Positions 51,876 to 64,000 of a stretch of 64,000 nt of DNA are shown one piece after another. Within the stretch, counting starts at the first letter, position 1; each line of letters opens with the position of its first letter. The notes beneath the pieces were generated by a model that had not been told where the DNA came from, did no database searches, and worked only from the letters and a program-made list of their open reading frames with translations. Position numbers and translations under genes: made by a program. The DNA is from the human T2T-CHM13v2.0 reference genome, Homo sapiens: the NCBI RefSeq assembly GCF_009914755.1, contig NC_060926.1; one strand, written 5' to 3'.

Positions 51876-53340
51876 AGACACATGGGCAAAGAAGATAAGC
51901 AGTTGGCAAATCAGCACATAAAAAGATGATCAACACAATTAGTTGTCAGAGACGTGCAAATTATAACCACAGTGAGATACCACTACACCCATATGAGGAC
52001 ACCTGAAATACACAAGCAAACCTGACCATACTGAGGGCTGACAAGAATGTGAAACAACTGGCTCTCTCATACATTACCAGGAGGACCACAGAAAGGTACA
52101 ACCACTTTGGAAGATAGCTTGAAAGCTTCTTAAAAAGCTAAACAAAACACACCATATGATCCAGCCATTTCACTTCTAGATATTTGCCCAAGTAAAATGA
52201 CTTACGTCCACACAAAAACCTGCATGTGAGTATTTACCGCAGCTGTATTCATGATCAACAAAAACTGGAAACAACCCAGAGGCCCTTCAAAAGGAGACAG
52301 AGAAACAAACCCTGGCACATCCATAGGATGGCATGCTACTCAGCAACCGGAAGGAAGAAACTGCTGATTCACAAAACAACAAGGATGAATCTTAAATGCA
52401 TTTTGCTAAGTGAATGAAGCCAGAAAGAAAAGACAACATATTGTGTGACTCCATTTATATGACATCCTGTAAAAGATAAAACCAGTGGAATAAAAAGAAA
52501 ATCAGTGGTTGCCAGAGTCGGGAGAAGGCGCTGACTACAAAGGAGCCTGGCGAGGGAAGTTTGAGGGTGATGGAGCTGTTCTGTTTGATGCGGTGGGGGT
52601 TGGATGCATGACTGTAAGTACGTGCTAAAACCTATAGAACTATTTGCCACTAAGAGTGAATTTTGCACTATGCAAATTTAAAAAAATCAACTACAGTGTG
52701 GGGGTGGGGGAGCCAAAATGGAATGCAGACGTGACCAGTGAATCACGCTTATCACAAGTGAGTAACACTGAAGGAGGTGAGGAACGAGGAGGCAACCTCA
52801 GTAACGTTGGAAAATAGTGTTTTGTTTGACAACAGTAAGGCTAAGTAAAAAAGGACTGTTCACAAACACTGCCTTCTAGTTGGTAAATTTGTTTCTCACG
52901 GGGGTACAAATTAGCATTCTGAAACTACTGTACATGTATGCTAGGGTTGAACAAATAAGTAAATCTATTGTAGATATTGAAAGCCAGGTGTCTCATTTCA
53001 GAGAAATAACCTACAAATAATCAAAAGGAGAATGCTATAATGAATCCCGTGATGTTGGATTGGATAATGAATTCTGTACATACACAGATGCACAGAGAGA
53101 GAGAGAGACAGAAATAAATGTAAACACATGTGTGTATGTGGGTTAGTGTATAAACATGTGTTTCCTAACTCTGTCCACTATGAGGGCCTAGAAGCCATTG
53201 CAATGAGCACATGTAGCCCACAGTCCTTGGTTTCTAAATACAATTCTCCAGTAAAAGCTACCAGGGCTCCTTGAAGAAGTGGTTGACTTCAGGGTTGAGG
53301 CAGAAAAAATATAGTACTGAAAAAAAAAAGAGTGCATATA
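51876..53340 (+). mobile_element. L1MC-like ORF2-end and 3'UTR
   Basis: GCAAATTATAACCACAGTGAGATACCACTACAC...GATGAATCTTAAATGCATTTTGCTAAGTGAA...GTTTCTAAATAC. Confidence 0.8.
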
Positions 53341-53704
53341 AAAAGAACACAGGAGACAGGAGGGGCTTCAGATCCTCCTGTAGAGGAAAATGGGGTAGAG
53401 GTACTTGCCCAATTCCTCCTGCTAAGTATAACAAAAAACCCTGGACATGATATGTAAAACAAACATAAAAGGATTCTGAAATGTGGAGAGGTGGCAGACT
53501 GTCCAGGGACCTCTGGATGACATGGTGGTAAGTCCCATGGATTTTTTATTTTTTTCCTCATATATCTCAGACTTGGAGATAAAGAGCCTTCCAGCCCAGA
53601 AACCCTAACTGGCACAGTAAAAAAAAAAAAAAAAAAAAGCCCCTCTAGCCAAAGGATCAGAAAAGGGGCCAACTAACAAGACAAACTTGTTTTCTATTTT
53701 TCTT

Positions 53705-54004
53705 TTCTGGTTTTTTTTTTTTTTTGAGATGGAGTCTTGCTCTGTCACCCAGGCTGGAGTGCAATGGCGCAGTCTCGGCTCACTCAACCTCTGCCTCCCG
53801 GGTTCAAGCAATTCTCCCGCCTCAGCCTCCTGAGTAGCTGGGATTACAGGTGCCCACCACCATACCTGGCTAACTTTTGTATTTTTAGTAGAGATGGGGT
53901 TTCACTATGTTAGCCAGGCTGGTCTTGAACTCCTGACCACATGATCCACCCGCCTTGGCCTCCCAAAGTCCTGGGATTACAGCTGTGAGCCACTATGCCT
54001 GGCC
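53705..54004 (-). mobile_element. AluS inserted in an L1PA tail
   Basis: TSD TGTTTT(C/T)TATTTTTCTT at 53688-704 and 54005-21. Confidence 0.95.
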
Positions 54005-54302
54005 TGTTTTTTATTTTTCTTATTTATTTATCTTACTTGTATTTTAAGTTCAGGGGTACATGCGCAGAATGTGCAGGTTTATTACATAGGTAAATGTGTG
54101 TCATGGGTGTTTGTTGTACATATTATTTCATCACCCAGGTATTAAGTCTAGTGTCCATTAGTTATTTTTCCTGATCTTCTCCCTCCTCCCACCCTCCACC
54201 CTCCAAACACTCACACCCAGTGTGTGTCATTCCCCTCTGTGTATCCACGTGTTCTCATCATTTAACTCTCATGTATAAGTGAGAACATGCAATATCTGGT
54301 TT
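54005..54302 (-). mobile_element. Short L1PA13-16-like 3' end
   Basis: TTAAGTTCAGGGGTACATG...TATAAGTGAGAACATGC; probable TSD AAGACAAA / AAGATGAA. Confidence 0.9.
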
Positions 54303-55321
54303 AAGATGAAAAAATTTTCAACGGTAACCCCCTACTCCAGCCAAACATCACAGAAGGAAAATGTGGTTCCGTCTCCAGCCCTCTAGCAAAGGCCAAGGGG
54401 CCTTCAGACTAGCAGTCTTGCAAGGCTGTAATAAGGCACCCCAACATTCTCTCTGAGTGGTGTTAGAGAAGGTCTAGTGAGGGTGGGGACTTTCGTCCCC
54501 ACTCATCCATAAAGAGATGCCTCACTTTCTTCCCCTTCCCCACACTGGGGTGATGCAAGAGGATGCCTACTGGAAATTCATGGCTTTCACATTCTCCATG
54601 ACAATGATGCCACCATCACCTCAGTAGCAGTGGAGACCTCATGGGACACAGAACTCCCACTCCACCACTGGAGGCCAAGGGAGGAACCTGGACTTCTATC
54701 TCCACCTGGTGGTAACAAGGTATTGCCCCCTACTGTTGCTGATAGAGTGGTGTCAGAGAAAGCCAACTAAAACAAATGGTTTAAAAACCAGGAAGATCTC
54801 AGATGAGTGACAAAAGACATTCAATAGATACCAACACCAAGATGACAGAGACGTTAGAATAATCTGACAAAGATTTTAAAGCAGCCATGGTAAAAATGCT
54901 TCAATAAGCAATTACAAACACAGTTGAAACAAATTTAAAGATGGCAAGCCTCAGCAAAGAAATAAAGGTATAAAAAAGAGCCAAATGGAAAATTTTCAAA
55001 CTCAAAAAGTGAATAACTGAAATTTAAAAACTCAGTGGATGAGCTCAACAGTAGAATGGAAGTGGCAGAGGAAAGAATCAGTGAACTTAATGGTAGAACC
55101 TATCTGCATAATGGAGACAAAATAGACTAAAGAAACAAAAAATACAGAGCCTCGAGAACCTGTGGGACTATATGGAAGTTCTAACATTTTTGTCATTGGA
55201 ATTCCAGAAAAAAAAGAGCAAGAGGATGGGGCTGAAAAAATTACTCAAAGAAATAATGGCTAAAAACTGCTCAGGTTTATCAAAAGACAAGTCTGCAGAA
55301 TCAAGAAGATGACAAAATCCT

Positions 55322-55692
55322 TGTCATAGACAGAATGTGTGTTTCCCAAACTTCGTGTGTTGAAACCCTGCCTCCTAACATGATGGTATTAGGTGGTAGG
55401 GCTTTGGGGAGCTAATTAAGATTAGATGAGGTCATGAGGGCAGCACCACTATGAATGGGATTAGTGTCCTTACAAGTGTTCTGCAAGAGCTTGCTTTCTC
55501 TCTCTGAGTAACATGTGAAGACATAGTGAGAAGACTGCTGTCTATGAGCCAGGAAGCAGGCCCTCAGTAGACACTGAATCTGCTGGTGCCCTGGTCTTGG
55601 ACTTCTCAGCTTCTGTAACGGTGAGAAACAAATTGTTGTTTAAGCCACCCAGTATGTAGTATTTTGTTATAACATCCTGAGCTACTAAGACA
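55322..55692 (+). mobile_element. MLT1A0-like solo LTR
   Basis: TG...CA ends; GATGGTATTAGGTGGTAGGGCTTTGGG, TTTAAGCCACCCAGT...TAAGACA. Confidence 0.9.
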
Positions 55693-57219
55693 ACCTCAAA
55701 TTGAAAAAAAAAAATCAATGCCAGTTGTAATTAAATTTCTGAAAACTAAAGACAAAAAAAAGTTGAAAGCAGTCAGGGGAAAAATGACACCTTAACTATA
55801 GAGGAAAAACAATTTGAATGACAGTAGAATTACCATCAGAAACTATAGAAGCCAGAAGTGGCATAATATATTTTAAGTGCTACAAGAAAAGAACTGTCAA
55901 CCCATAATTCTATACCCAGTGAAAATATCCTTCAGGAATAAAGGGGAAATCAAGACATTTCTGGATGAAGAAAAACTAAAAGAATTTGTCATCAGCACAT
56001 CTACCCTAAAAGAATGGCTAAAGGAATTTCTCTAAACAGAAAGAAAATGATAAAGTAAAGAATCTTGAAACATCAGGAAGGAAGAACATAGTAAACAAAA
56101 ACATGAATAAATATAATGAACTTTCTTTCTCCTCTTGTGTTTTCTAAATTATGCTTGATGATGGAAGCAAAACTATAACATTGTCCGGTATTGTTCTAAA
56201 TGTATTTAGAGGAAAAATTTAAGACATTTACAAACAGGATGTAAAGAAAAGTAAGGTCTCTATACTTCACTCAAACTGATAAAACGATGATACAAATAGA
56301 TGGTGATGAGTTATGTATATAAAATGTAATACCTACAGGAACTATTAACGTTGCTATACAAAAAGATACATACTCAAAAACACTATATGTAAATCAAAAT
56401 GGAATTGTAAAAAATGTTCCAGTGACCCAGGAACTTTTTTTTCATTCCAGGAATGATGGTAATAGAAAACACACATCTGAGAAACAGAGTATTAACAGAG
56501 AACAGAAATAAAATGATGGAATGAAGTCCAAAATATTAATAATTACATTAAATATAAAAGATCTAAATACAGCCATTAAAAAAACAGAGATTGGTAGAGT
56601 GGATTATAAAGCACAACTCAGCTATGTGTTATAGGCAAGAAACTCCCTAATAATAATGATACAGGTAAGTTAAAAGTAAAAGAATGCAAAAGCATAAATC
56701 ATGAAAGCATTTATCATGGGAAAGTAGGAGTGGCTATATTAGTATCAGATAAAGTATTTCAGAGCAAAGAATATTTCCAGACACAGAGAGGGATATTACA
56801 TAGTGATAAAAAGTTCAATACACCAAAAACGCATCGCAATCTTAAACATGCATAGCAATGGAGCTGCAAAATAAGTGAAACAAAAACAACTGAAAGAAGA
56901 AAAAGACAAATCTACAATTATAGTTGGAGATTTCAACACTCCCTCACTAAACAATGGATAGAACAACTAAACAGAAAATCAGCAAGAATAACTCAATGAC
57001 ACTATCAACCAATAGGATTCAACTGACGTTTATAAAACACACCACCTAAAGGCAGCAGAATACATATTATTTTTTAATGCTCAAGGAATATATGTCAAGA
57101 TAGATTACACCCTGGACCATAAAACAAACCTCAACAAATTTAAAATAATTCAAATCCTACAGAATGTCTCCTCCAATGGCAATGGAATCAAATTAGAAAG
57201 CAATAAATAATTCATGAGA

Positions 57220-58070
57220 ACATCTCAATGGGGAGTAAAAGTGCTGGCTCCCCACTGGGCCTTCTCTGATACCACCCAGTGGGGTATTGAGGCTCCTCCG
57301 TATAGCTTGGGTGGAAATCTAGGCTCCCACTCAGCTATTGATGATGGGTTTGGGGTGGGGCCACACTTTTTCTTTGTTGTTTGACTAGAATGGAGTGGTT
57401 ATTGACTAAAAGTTTTCTGTCTTGCTAGGCTTCTCCCTTGTATTTCCTTTGGGGCATGTGTTAGGCCGTTCTTGCATTGCTCTAAAGGAATACCTGCAGC
57501 TGGATAATTTATAAAGAAAAGAGGTTTAATCAGCTCACAGTTCCGAAGGCTGTGTAGAAAGCATGGCACCGATACCTGCTCACTCCTGAGGAGGCCTCAG
57601 GAAGCTTCCAATGATGGCAGCAGGCGAACAGGGAGCCATGGTGGCATCTCACATGGTGGGAGTGGGAGCAAGAGAGAGTGAGTGAGGGGGAGGTGACACA
57701 CACCTTTAAACAACCAGATCTCGTGAGAATTCACTCGCTATCATGAAGACAACACCAAGGGGATGGTGTTACAGCATTCATGAGATAGATTCTGCCTCCA
57801 TGACCCAGTCACCTGTTTCCATCAGGCCTTACCTCCAGCATTGGGGATTGCAATTCCACCTGAGATTTGGCAAGGACACAGATCCAAACTGTATCAGGGC
57901 TTTTTTCTTTTTTCCATCTGTGTTCATTGGTGTTTCTGGGTTGCTGGCTTGTTTAGCTCCAAGTCTGGAATTTATAAGGCAAAAGAAAACCCAGGCAATT
58001 CACCACCATCTTGTTTCTTGGGTTCCGAGGTCCCAAGCCAGTGCACCTACTTCTTTTCACCTTTCAGAAG
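57220..58070 (-). mobile_element. Inverted L1M 5'UTR-like remnant (homologous to 53475-54480), split by MSTA
   Basis: 57900-58068 aligns with the reverse complement of 53475-53625; 57340-57450 aligns with the reverse complement of 53645-53685 plus 54303-54385. Confidence 0.7.
57457..57896 (-). mobile_element. MSTA solo LTR (MaLR)
   Basis: TGTGTTAGGCCGTTCTTGCATTGCT...TAATTTATAAAGAAAAGAGGTTTAAT...CCAAACTGTATCA; TSD GGGCA / GGGCT. Confidence 0.93.
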
Positions 58071-58694
58071 TGAAATTCTTGGTCTGCTGTATTTTGAGCA
58101 GTTCTCTAAGTAACGCCGATTTCACTGAAATTCGAGGACTACTGAATTTGCATCTGAGTCCCATGTTCCCTGGGTCAAGGCCTGAGTCTCCCGTGTTTAC
58201 AACACATGCCCTGAGCAGAGCACAGGCGGTCCTGGTCAGTCCTCACAAGGGTCCCCCAAACCCTTGCAGGGTCTCCCAAGCAGCCTCGCCCATGCTCAGT
58301 GCTGCACACATTCAGCGGCTGACTCGCCCACTCCTCAGTCCCCTCCTGCTGAGCTTCTTCTTGTTTCCTCAAGCAAGAGCTCAGACTCTCCCCTGAGGCC
58401 TTCAGAAGGTGCTTGAAAGCTCTGCATCAAATGCACTGTGGAGAAACCCCTTTCTACTTCTCCCCAAAAAGCCAGCCCTCATCCCTCAGCCAGGGCCACT
58501 CCCTAGGCCCCAGCCTTCAGCCCAGCACCCCTCCTGTCTTCTGCGTCCTTTTGGTGCCTGTCTACCACCCACCTTTCCTGATAGAGGGAGGATGGGCCAG
58601 TCCGGGGAAAGCACAGCACTGCCCAGGCTCAGCCATTCAGCAAGCTCTGTGGAGGGAAGTGACTACTCCATGGGTCTTCTCTGTCCCAGGCTTT

Positions 58695-58880
58695 TAGTGA
58701 GTACAGCCTCACTGAATCCTCCCAATTCTTCAAAGATAGGACTCAATAGTGCCGATTAACAGAGGAGGAAATGGGGACTCAGGGAGGTTCAGTCACCTGC
58801 AAAGTTCACACAGCTGATGAGTGGCAGGTCTGAGACCAGGAGCCAGGTGGCCTGACTCGAGCCCAGGCTCTTCCACATAT
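58695..58880 (-). mobile_element. MIR
   Basis: TTAACAGAGGAGGAAATGGGGACTCAGGGAGGTTCAGTCACCTG...TCACACAGCT. Confidence 0.75.
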
Positions 58881-59519
58881 GAAACGTCCCAGATGTACTC
58901 TTCCCTTAGACACCCCAAGCCTCACCGAGGCTCTGAGTGTCAGTCTAGAGACCATGATCAGACCCCAAGGGACAGCAGGCACAGGCCCTGATCTGACCTA
59001 AGCCCTCTTGGTGGTAACCCTCGTTCTGGCCCATTTGGGCAGCAGAGGAGTACCCAGTAACTTGAAACGGAGAAGCAAGAAGCTGGCTGACATCAGATTT
59101 TCTGAGGGGCTTATGGGTTTCTATTTTCCCCTCATTTGAAAAGCCAAGTTGGGTTTATAGTTAGAACCACCCTTTCCTCTACAACACGATTAAGCTGCTT
59201 CAGAGAAAAATTGCTTTGTTTGGCCCTTGGATACCATTTCTTAGAAATGATGGTAGCAGATAATGTAGGTTCAGCAGACGTCCTGTCTCTGGTGCCTGGC
59301 TGGGTTTGGATGTGGGCCGAGAACTGGTGTGTCGTTGGTTTCCAGACCAAGCTGGTCCCGGCTGCTGTGGGTGAAGGCTTTAGCTAGGTGGGATTCTTAG
59401 GACTTGATTTAGTACATACCGAGTTGTTTGGGTCTTCAGAAAAAGAAATAAAAATAAAAAAGAGAGAGAGAAAGAGAAACATTTCCAGGATTTCAGTTAT
59501 AGTCCTCATGTTAATGATA

Positions 59520-59665
59520 CTAACGATAATGACAAACCAATTTTCACTGAGGTCCACAGTGTGCCAGGTCGCTCTAGCGTCTGTCTGCTGGTCGTGTGAA
59601 GTAGGCACTGTTATTGTCCCACCCATTTTACAGATGTAAAAGTGAAGGTCAAGAGCAACTTCAAA
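59520..59665 (-). mobile_element. MIR
   Basis: TGTGAAGTAGGCACTGTTATTGTCC...CCCATTTTACAGATG. Confidence 0.7.
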
Positions 59666-59829
59666 GTAGCCCTGTTTTCATTAAATGCTTCCGAAAATCA
59701 GATTCTTTTCTTAGTGTGAACTGCATACCCAGGAGAATAAATGGCACAGAGGTCGGTGTGGCTAGGAATGCAACAATGAATATGTGTTGAATGAGGGAAG
59801 GAATGAACTTGTTTCTTCTTTGTGATGAG

Positions 59830-60070
59830 CTTACATCTTTGACGTCATTTAGTTCAACTTTCCACTCAGTGTGAAAATCCTTTCTATAACACCCCTGGTG
59901 GGTGATCATCCACCTTGAATGCCTCCAGAGATGGGGAGCTCATTACCTCCCAAGGCAGCCCTTTCTACCCTTGGACAGCTTTAAGCCTCAGGAAGGACAA
60001 AGGTTTATTATTCTGAGCAGAACTCTGCCTCTCCATGCTGGGTAATGATTGGTTCCCATTCTACTCTTTG
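59830..60070 (-). mobile_element. L3/CR1 3' remnant
   Basis: CTTGAATGCCTCCAGAGATGGGGAGCTCATTACCTCCCAAGGCAGCCC. Confidence 0.7.
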
Positions 60071-61589
60071 CTGTGGTCAAGCTTCTCTCAGTTCTGTAGA
60101 TTTGTCCTAAAAATCAAAAGAGGCCTCCTCCTTCTCCTCCAGATTTTCCCTTTGGGGGACTTGAGTAAAGTCTGGCCAGAGAGGTGAGAGTCTGAGACCT
60201 GGACACAGAGTGGGTATTTGAAGGAAGGGGCTGTATGTTCAGCCTAAAGAAGCTAAATTGTCACAGAGGTGAGGGCGCATGAGTGGAGCCCTCAGCTATT
60301 TTTAAGGCATTGCAGATGCTTAATGAACAAATAGCAACAGCAATAATAACAAAAAGTAATTTACTGTGGTTCTGGGTGCCGGGCTGAAAGCTTTCCTCGT
60401 ATCATCTCATTTGAACCCCTCAACAACCCTCTGGGGTGACTGTCAAACTCCCCACCTTACAGAGACAGGAACAACCCCCAGAAGCTCAATGCCCCCCAGC
60501 TGGGATGCAGACCCCAGGGGATCTGGCTGGAGTCGCCCTTGTGCCCCCCACACCCCTGCTCTGTGGCTGACAGGTAGAAGCTGCAGGAAGACAGGCAAGT
60601 GTCTGCTTAACTGAAGCTCTTTCTAGAATGATAAATGGTGGGCAGGGAGAACCAGCTGCCTGGCAAGGAAGCGAGTGCCCAGGTGGCATCGCAGTTGGGA
60701 AGGACCTGTGGTGTGGACGGCCTTTGGGCCACATGAATCCAGTTGAATCTGATGGAAATTGAATTGCTGAGGCAGCCTTCGTGAGAAAAAAAGGAGGCTG
60801 AGGAGTGGTGTGTGTGGCTGTGGGGTGGGGTGGGGTGGGAGTGGTGCTTGCTATGAGTCTCCCGACCAGGTGTGTTTCAGCTGCAGCTGGAAACTCCTTC
60901 TCCTTTGGTGCCTACATCTTTAGGTCTCCCCGAGATGCCGGGATTCCCCAAAATGGTAGTCCTCAGGGGGCAGTCTTGACCTTGTTTCCAGGAGCCAGTT
61001 GTCAGAAGCCAGGAAGGGTAGAAGGGTCGATGGGCATTTGGGGTAACGGGTCATTTCCTTGGGGACGTCCAGGCCTCCCATCTATGTCTGTTCATACCCC
61101 AATCCCCTACCTGGAAGGAATCCTCACCCCTCTTTCCAACCAGGGTGCCCCTTGGAGCCCCCTGTTCATCCTCACGACAGGCAACTCCAGGGAGGCAGGT
61201 TGTGTGGACGCCTGGAGACGGAAAGGAAGTGCCAGGGTGCATCGTTGGTGAGGGCTTCCCGGCTCACAGGGAGCCTGGTCCTGCCATTGGCAGGGCACTG
61301 ACAGCTCCCTGGGAACGATGCGTCTATGGTGGCAGCAGCGAGCAGGAAGGGAATCCCAGAGCATGCAGGACTGAGTCCCTTCCCTGCCGGCTTCCCGGGT
61401 CAGTCACCACCCAGACCTCCCATGCATCCACGCACACTCAGTGGGGGACACTGAGTCTTTCTGGGCTGAAGTTTTGTCCTCTCTGTGGCAGGGACCGCAG
61501 TGCCCAGCATGTGGAATTCAGGAGGTGATGAACCTGGCACACAGTTTTGCTCTGTAAGTCAGAGTTGTTTATCACCCTAGAGAGCACAG

Positions 61590-62060
61590 CTAAGGGCATC
61601 TAAACTGGGTTCATTCAAATCCTGACTCTATCCCTTCCTAGCTGGGGGCATCTAAGTGCTCTGTGCCTCAGTTGCCTTCTCTATATAATGGAGATAAAAC
61701 ACTTATTAGCACATGGCCTGGCTCATAGTATGTTTGTAATAAATGGTTACTATGGTCATTGTGATTCCCATGATGTTTGCCCCCAAAAACACTGCAGCTT
61801 CAGTTGGAGGCTTGGGAAGCTTAATGGGAAAAGGGAAAGAGCAGGAAAAGGGGACATGAAAGCAGTCTGGGGGACTCAGACACCACAAATATTCATGGAG
61901 CCACTGATGTTTGCCAGGCACTTTTATAAACATGTGACTTAATCTTTCCCAAAACCCATGCAAAGGGCATCCTTTTGTCTCCATTTTCTATTATATGTGC
62001 TGAGATGAGCCTCAGGGAAGGCAAGTAACTCACCCAGGGCCACACAGCCCGTCACAGCTC
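61590..62060. mobile_element. MIR fragments (+ ~61590-61750; - ~61880-62060)
   Basis: CTCTGTGCCTCAGTTGCCTTCTCTATATAATGGAGATAA; GGCAAGTAACTCACCCAGGGCCACACAGC. Confidence 0.75.
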
Positions 62061-63599
62061 AGTCAGGGCCCCAGGAAGGACAATCCCATGGCTTGGGGTG
62101 TTGGGAAGTTTGCCTTCATTCAGTCCTGCGAAGCCTCGGAGGAAAGGCTGAGCTTGGTGCTGTCACCCTGTCTCCCTCCAGGTCACCTCCAGGTCACAGT
62201 GTGGCTGGGGCTCTTGGGCCTTCAGTTTTCTTCCTGCCGAGTGGGTTCAGGAAGAGCAGGCTCTGAGTCACTGGGTCCCCGGCTGGTGATGGGGGCTTAG
62301 ACACGTGTATGGTCCATTGCTGCCCTCCAGGGATGAGGCTCATCTCAGGACCGTGCCCTGGCTTCTGTCAAGGCGGCTCTGTGGTTGTTCGGGGCCTACT
62401 CTGTCCGGCCACAGCTCTGGGCCTTTTTCCACCAGCCTTCTTTGAGCTCTCCCTTGGCTTTGGGAGCAGCATGAGATTTTTCCATGCTTCCGGCTCTGTT
62501 GCCCACAAGCTGAACAGTGACTTGGTGTCAGGGTGGCAAAGAGAATAGGTGCCTTACTGGGAATGGGCAGTGGTGGGGGATCAGGGAGAGGGAGGCTAGA
62601 GGGTGGACAGGACCTCCCAGCAGCGGCAAGAACAGCTCCAGCTCCTGCCTTCTTGGAACCCTTCTGCCATGGAGCCCCCCAGGCTGAGGAGGCCTCATGG
62701 GGGCCATTTCGCACACCAAGAGGCTGAGTCACTTGCCCAAGATTGGGCCTCTGGTGAGTGACAGGCAATTGGACCGGTCAGGGTGACCCGGGGCACGCGG
62801 TCTCACCACCTCACCACAGTGCTCTCTTCCCACGGCAGCACCCTGCCTAGAGGATGGTGGCTGGGCCAGGCGCTGCCCCCACTGCCTCACAGGCCTCTTG
62901 GGGGTCAGAGATGGACAGGGGTTTAGGTAGTCCCTCCTCCATCCTGTCCTCATGGATGGATGCCTGTGCCCTCCCTAGATTTTTCTCACGGTCCGAAGGA
63001 AGGGCTAGCCCCTGGAGAGCATCTTATCTCTTGTTTGATGGATGGCCCAGAGAGGGTGAGTGGCTTGCCTGGGGCCACAGAGCAAACTGGAGTCAGGGCC
63101 ACCCAAACACAGGAGTCCTGACTCCCAGACACTCATGCACTGGCGGGGCAGGGCCTACACTGTCTTCCCTGCTTCCCAGGAAGATACCTTGTGGGTAGAT
63201 GTGGGAGGGAACAGGCCGGCCTTGACCAGTGCCATCCACTCAGCTGTTAAATATTCTGGGAATCCATAAAACTGACAGCCAACTCGTGGGGATGGTCGTG
63301 GCTCCTGTGTTCCCCACCAACCAGCAGGGGCACCTGGGGAAACCTCCAGTGCAGAAATCGTACTCTGCCATTTCCTGTATCTCCAGCTATTCCCCATCTG
63401 AAGAGTGAGGTGGTTAGACCAGGTCCCTGGTTTTCTTCCAGTCACCCCCTGCTGGAATGCCAGGAGCTCTCTTCTGTGCTGGGGGAAGCTGCCGCTGGCC
63501 TCAGCTTCCCCATCTGTGAGATCGGGCTCCATGCCCGTCTTGTTGGACTCATCAAGAGACCCATGGGGAGGAAAGAGCTTGCAAGGAGAGCAGCTAAGG

Positions 63600-64000
63600 A
63601 AAGACCGGAATCGTCCGAGCCCTTTGTCCCTTCCTGTATCAGCAGCAGGCGACCTGCCCACCAGCCGGGGCCTCCCGTTCCGTTCCATTCCGTTTAAGTA
63701 AGCTCTTTCCCTGTGCAAGGGAGCAACCGACCTCAAAGGCCCGGCCCACAAAGGGGCCCCCGACATGGCTGGGAACAATGCGGCCTGTTTACCTGACAGA
63801 TTGTCCGCTTTCTTTTCATCTCGTAGGAAAAGAACTCCCACGGGGAGCCGCTAATCCCAGAGTAAACAGATGACCTCGTGGTGCCTTTCTCCCGGAGGTG
63901 GGGTTCCTAGCGCAGCACCCCAACTGTGCAAACAGACCCTGGAGGGCTCGATGCGCCTGCGGGGGCGTGGCTGGGGACCTGGGCCTGGGCCAGGAGGGGC
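63600..64000. promoter_or_regulatory. Start of a CpG-rich regulatory region, truncated by the window edge
   Basis: Rising CpG density; TGTTTAC 63786-92, TGACAG 63794-99, TAATCC 63852-57, GTAAACAGATG 63862-72, GGGGCGTGGC 63962-71. Confidence 0.5.

Larger units (their letters stand above)
53360..57215 (+). mobile_element. Ancient L1M (L1MD-like) 5'UTR-ORF1-ORF2 endonuclease remnant, interrupted by Alu, L1PA and MLT1A
   Basis: Degenerate ORF1 (AGAATGGCTAAAGGAA, TATACCCAGTGAAAATATCCTTCA) and EN motifs (ATTACATTAAATATAAAAGATCTAAAT; ATAGTTGGAGATTTCAACAC = IVGDFNT). Confidence 0.85.

Noticed and set aside
57743-58396. 217-aa ORF
   Set aside because: Runs through the MSTA LTR and an L1 5'UTR relic; no coding signature.
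63155-63841. 228-aa minus-strand ORF
   Set aside because: Non-ATG start, no recognisable domain, and part of it (DLTDGEAEAS, HLTLQMG) translates MIR-like core sequence; expected by chance in GC-rich DNA.

Overview
Primate, almost certainly human, genomic DNA. Evidence: Alu, L1PA/L1M, MIR, L2, MaLR/ERVL LTRs and hAT MITEs in a GC-rich but mostly CpG-depleted background. I cannot support any protein-coding exon, RNA gene or prokaryotic-type system. The listed ORFs are chance ORFs in GC-rich DNA or derive from L1, Alu, MIR or microsatellites. The window reads as intergenic or deep intronic sequence. It has two nested-repeat blocks (~4.8-12.8 kb and ~51.7-58.1 kb), an orphan CpG island at ~39.6-41.1 kb packed with SOX/POU/PBX/homeodomain motifs, several smaller candidate enhancers, and a second CpG-rich region starting at the right edge. 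The best sequence-level oddity is a ~0.5 kb internal L1 piece at 401-907. It is ~96% identical to the L1 copy 8 kb away and lacks a tail or TSD, which suggests a local DNA-level templated insertion rather than retrotransposition. Repeat subfamily names come from my recall of consensus sequences and need RepeatMasker/Dfam confirmation. I could not identify the locus, and I see no novel multi-gene system.
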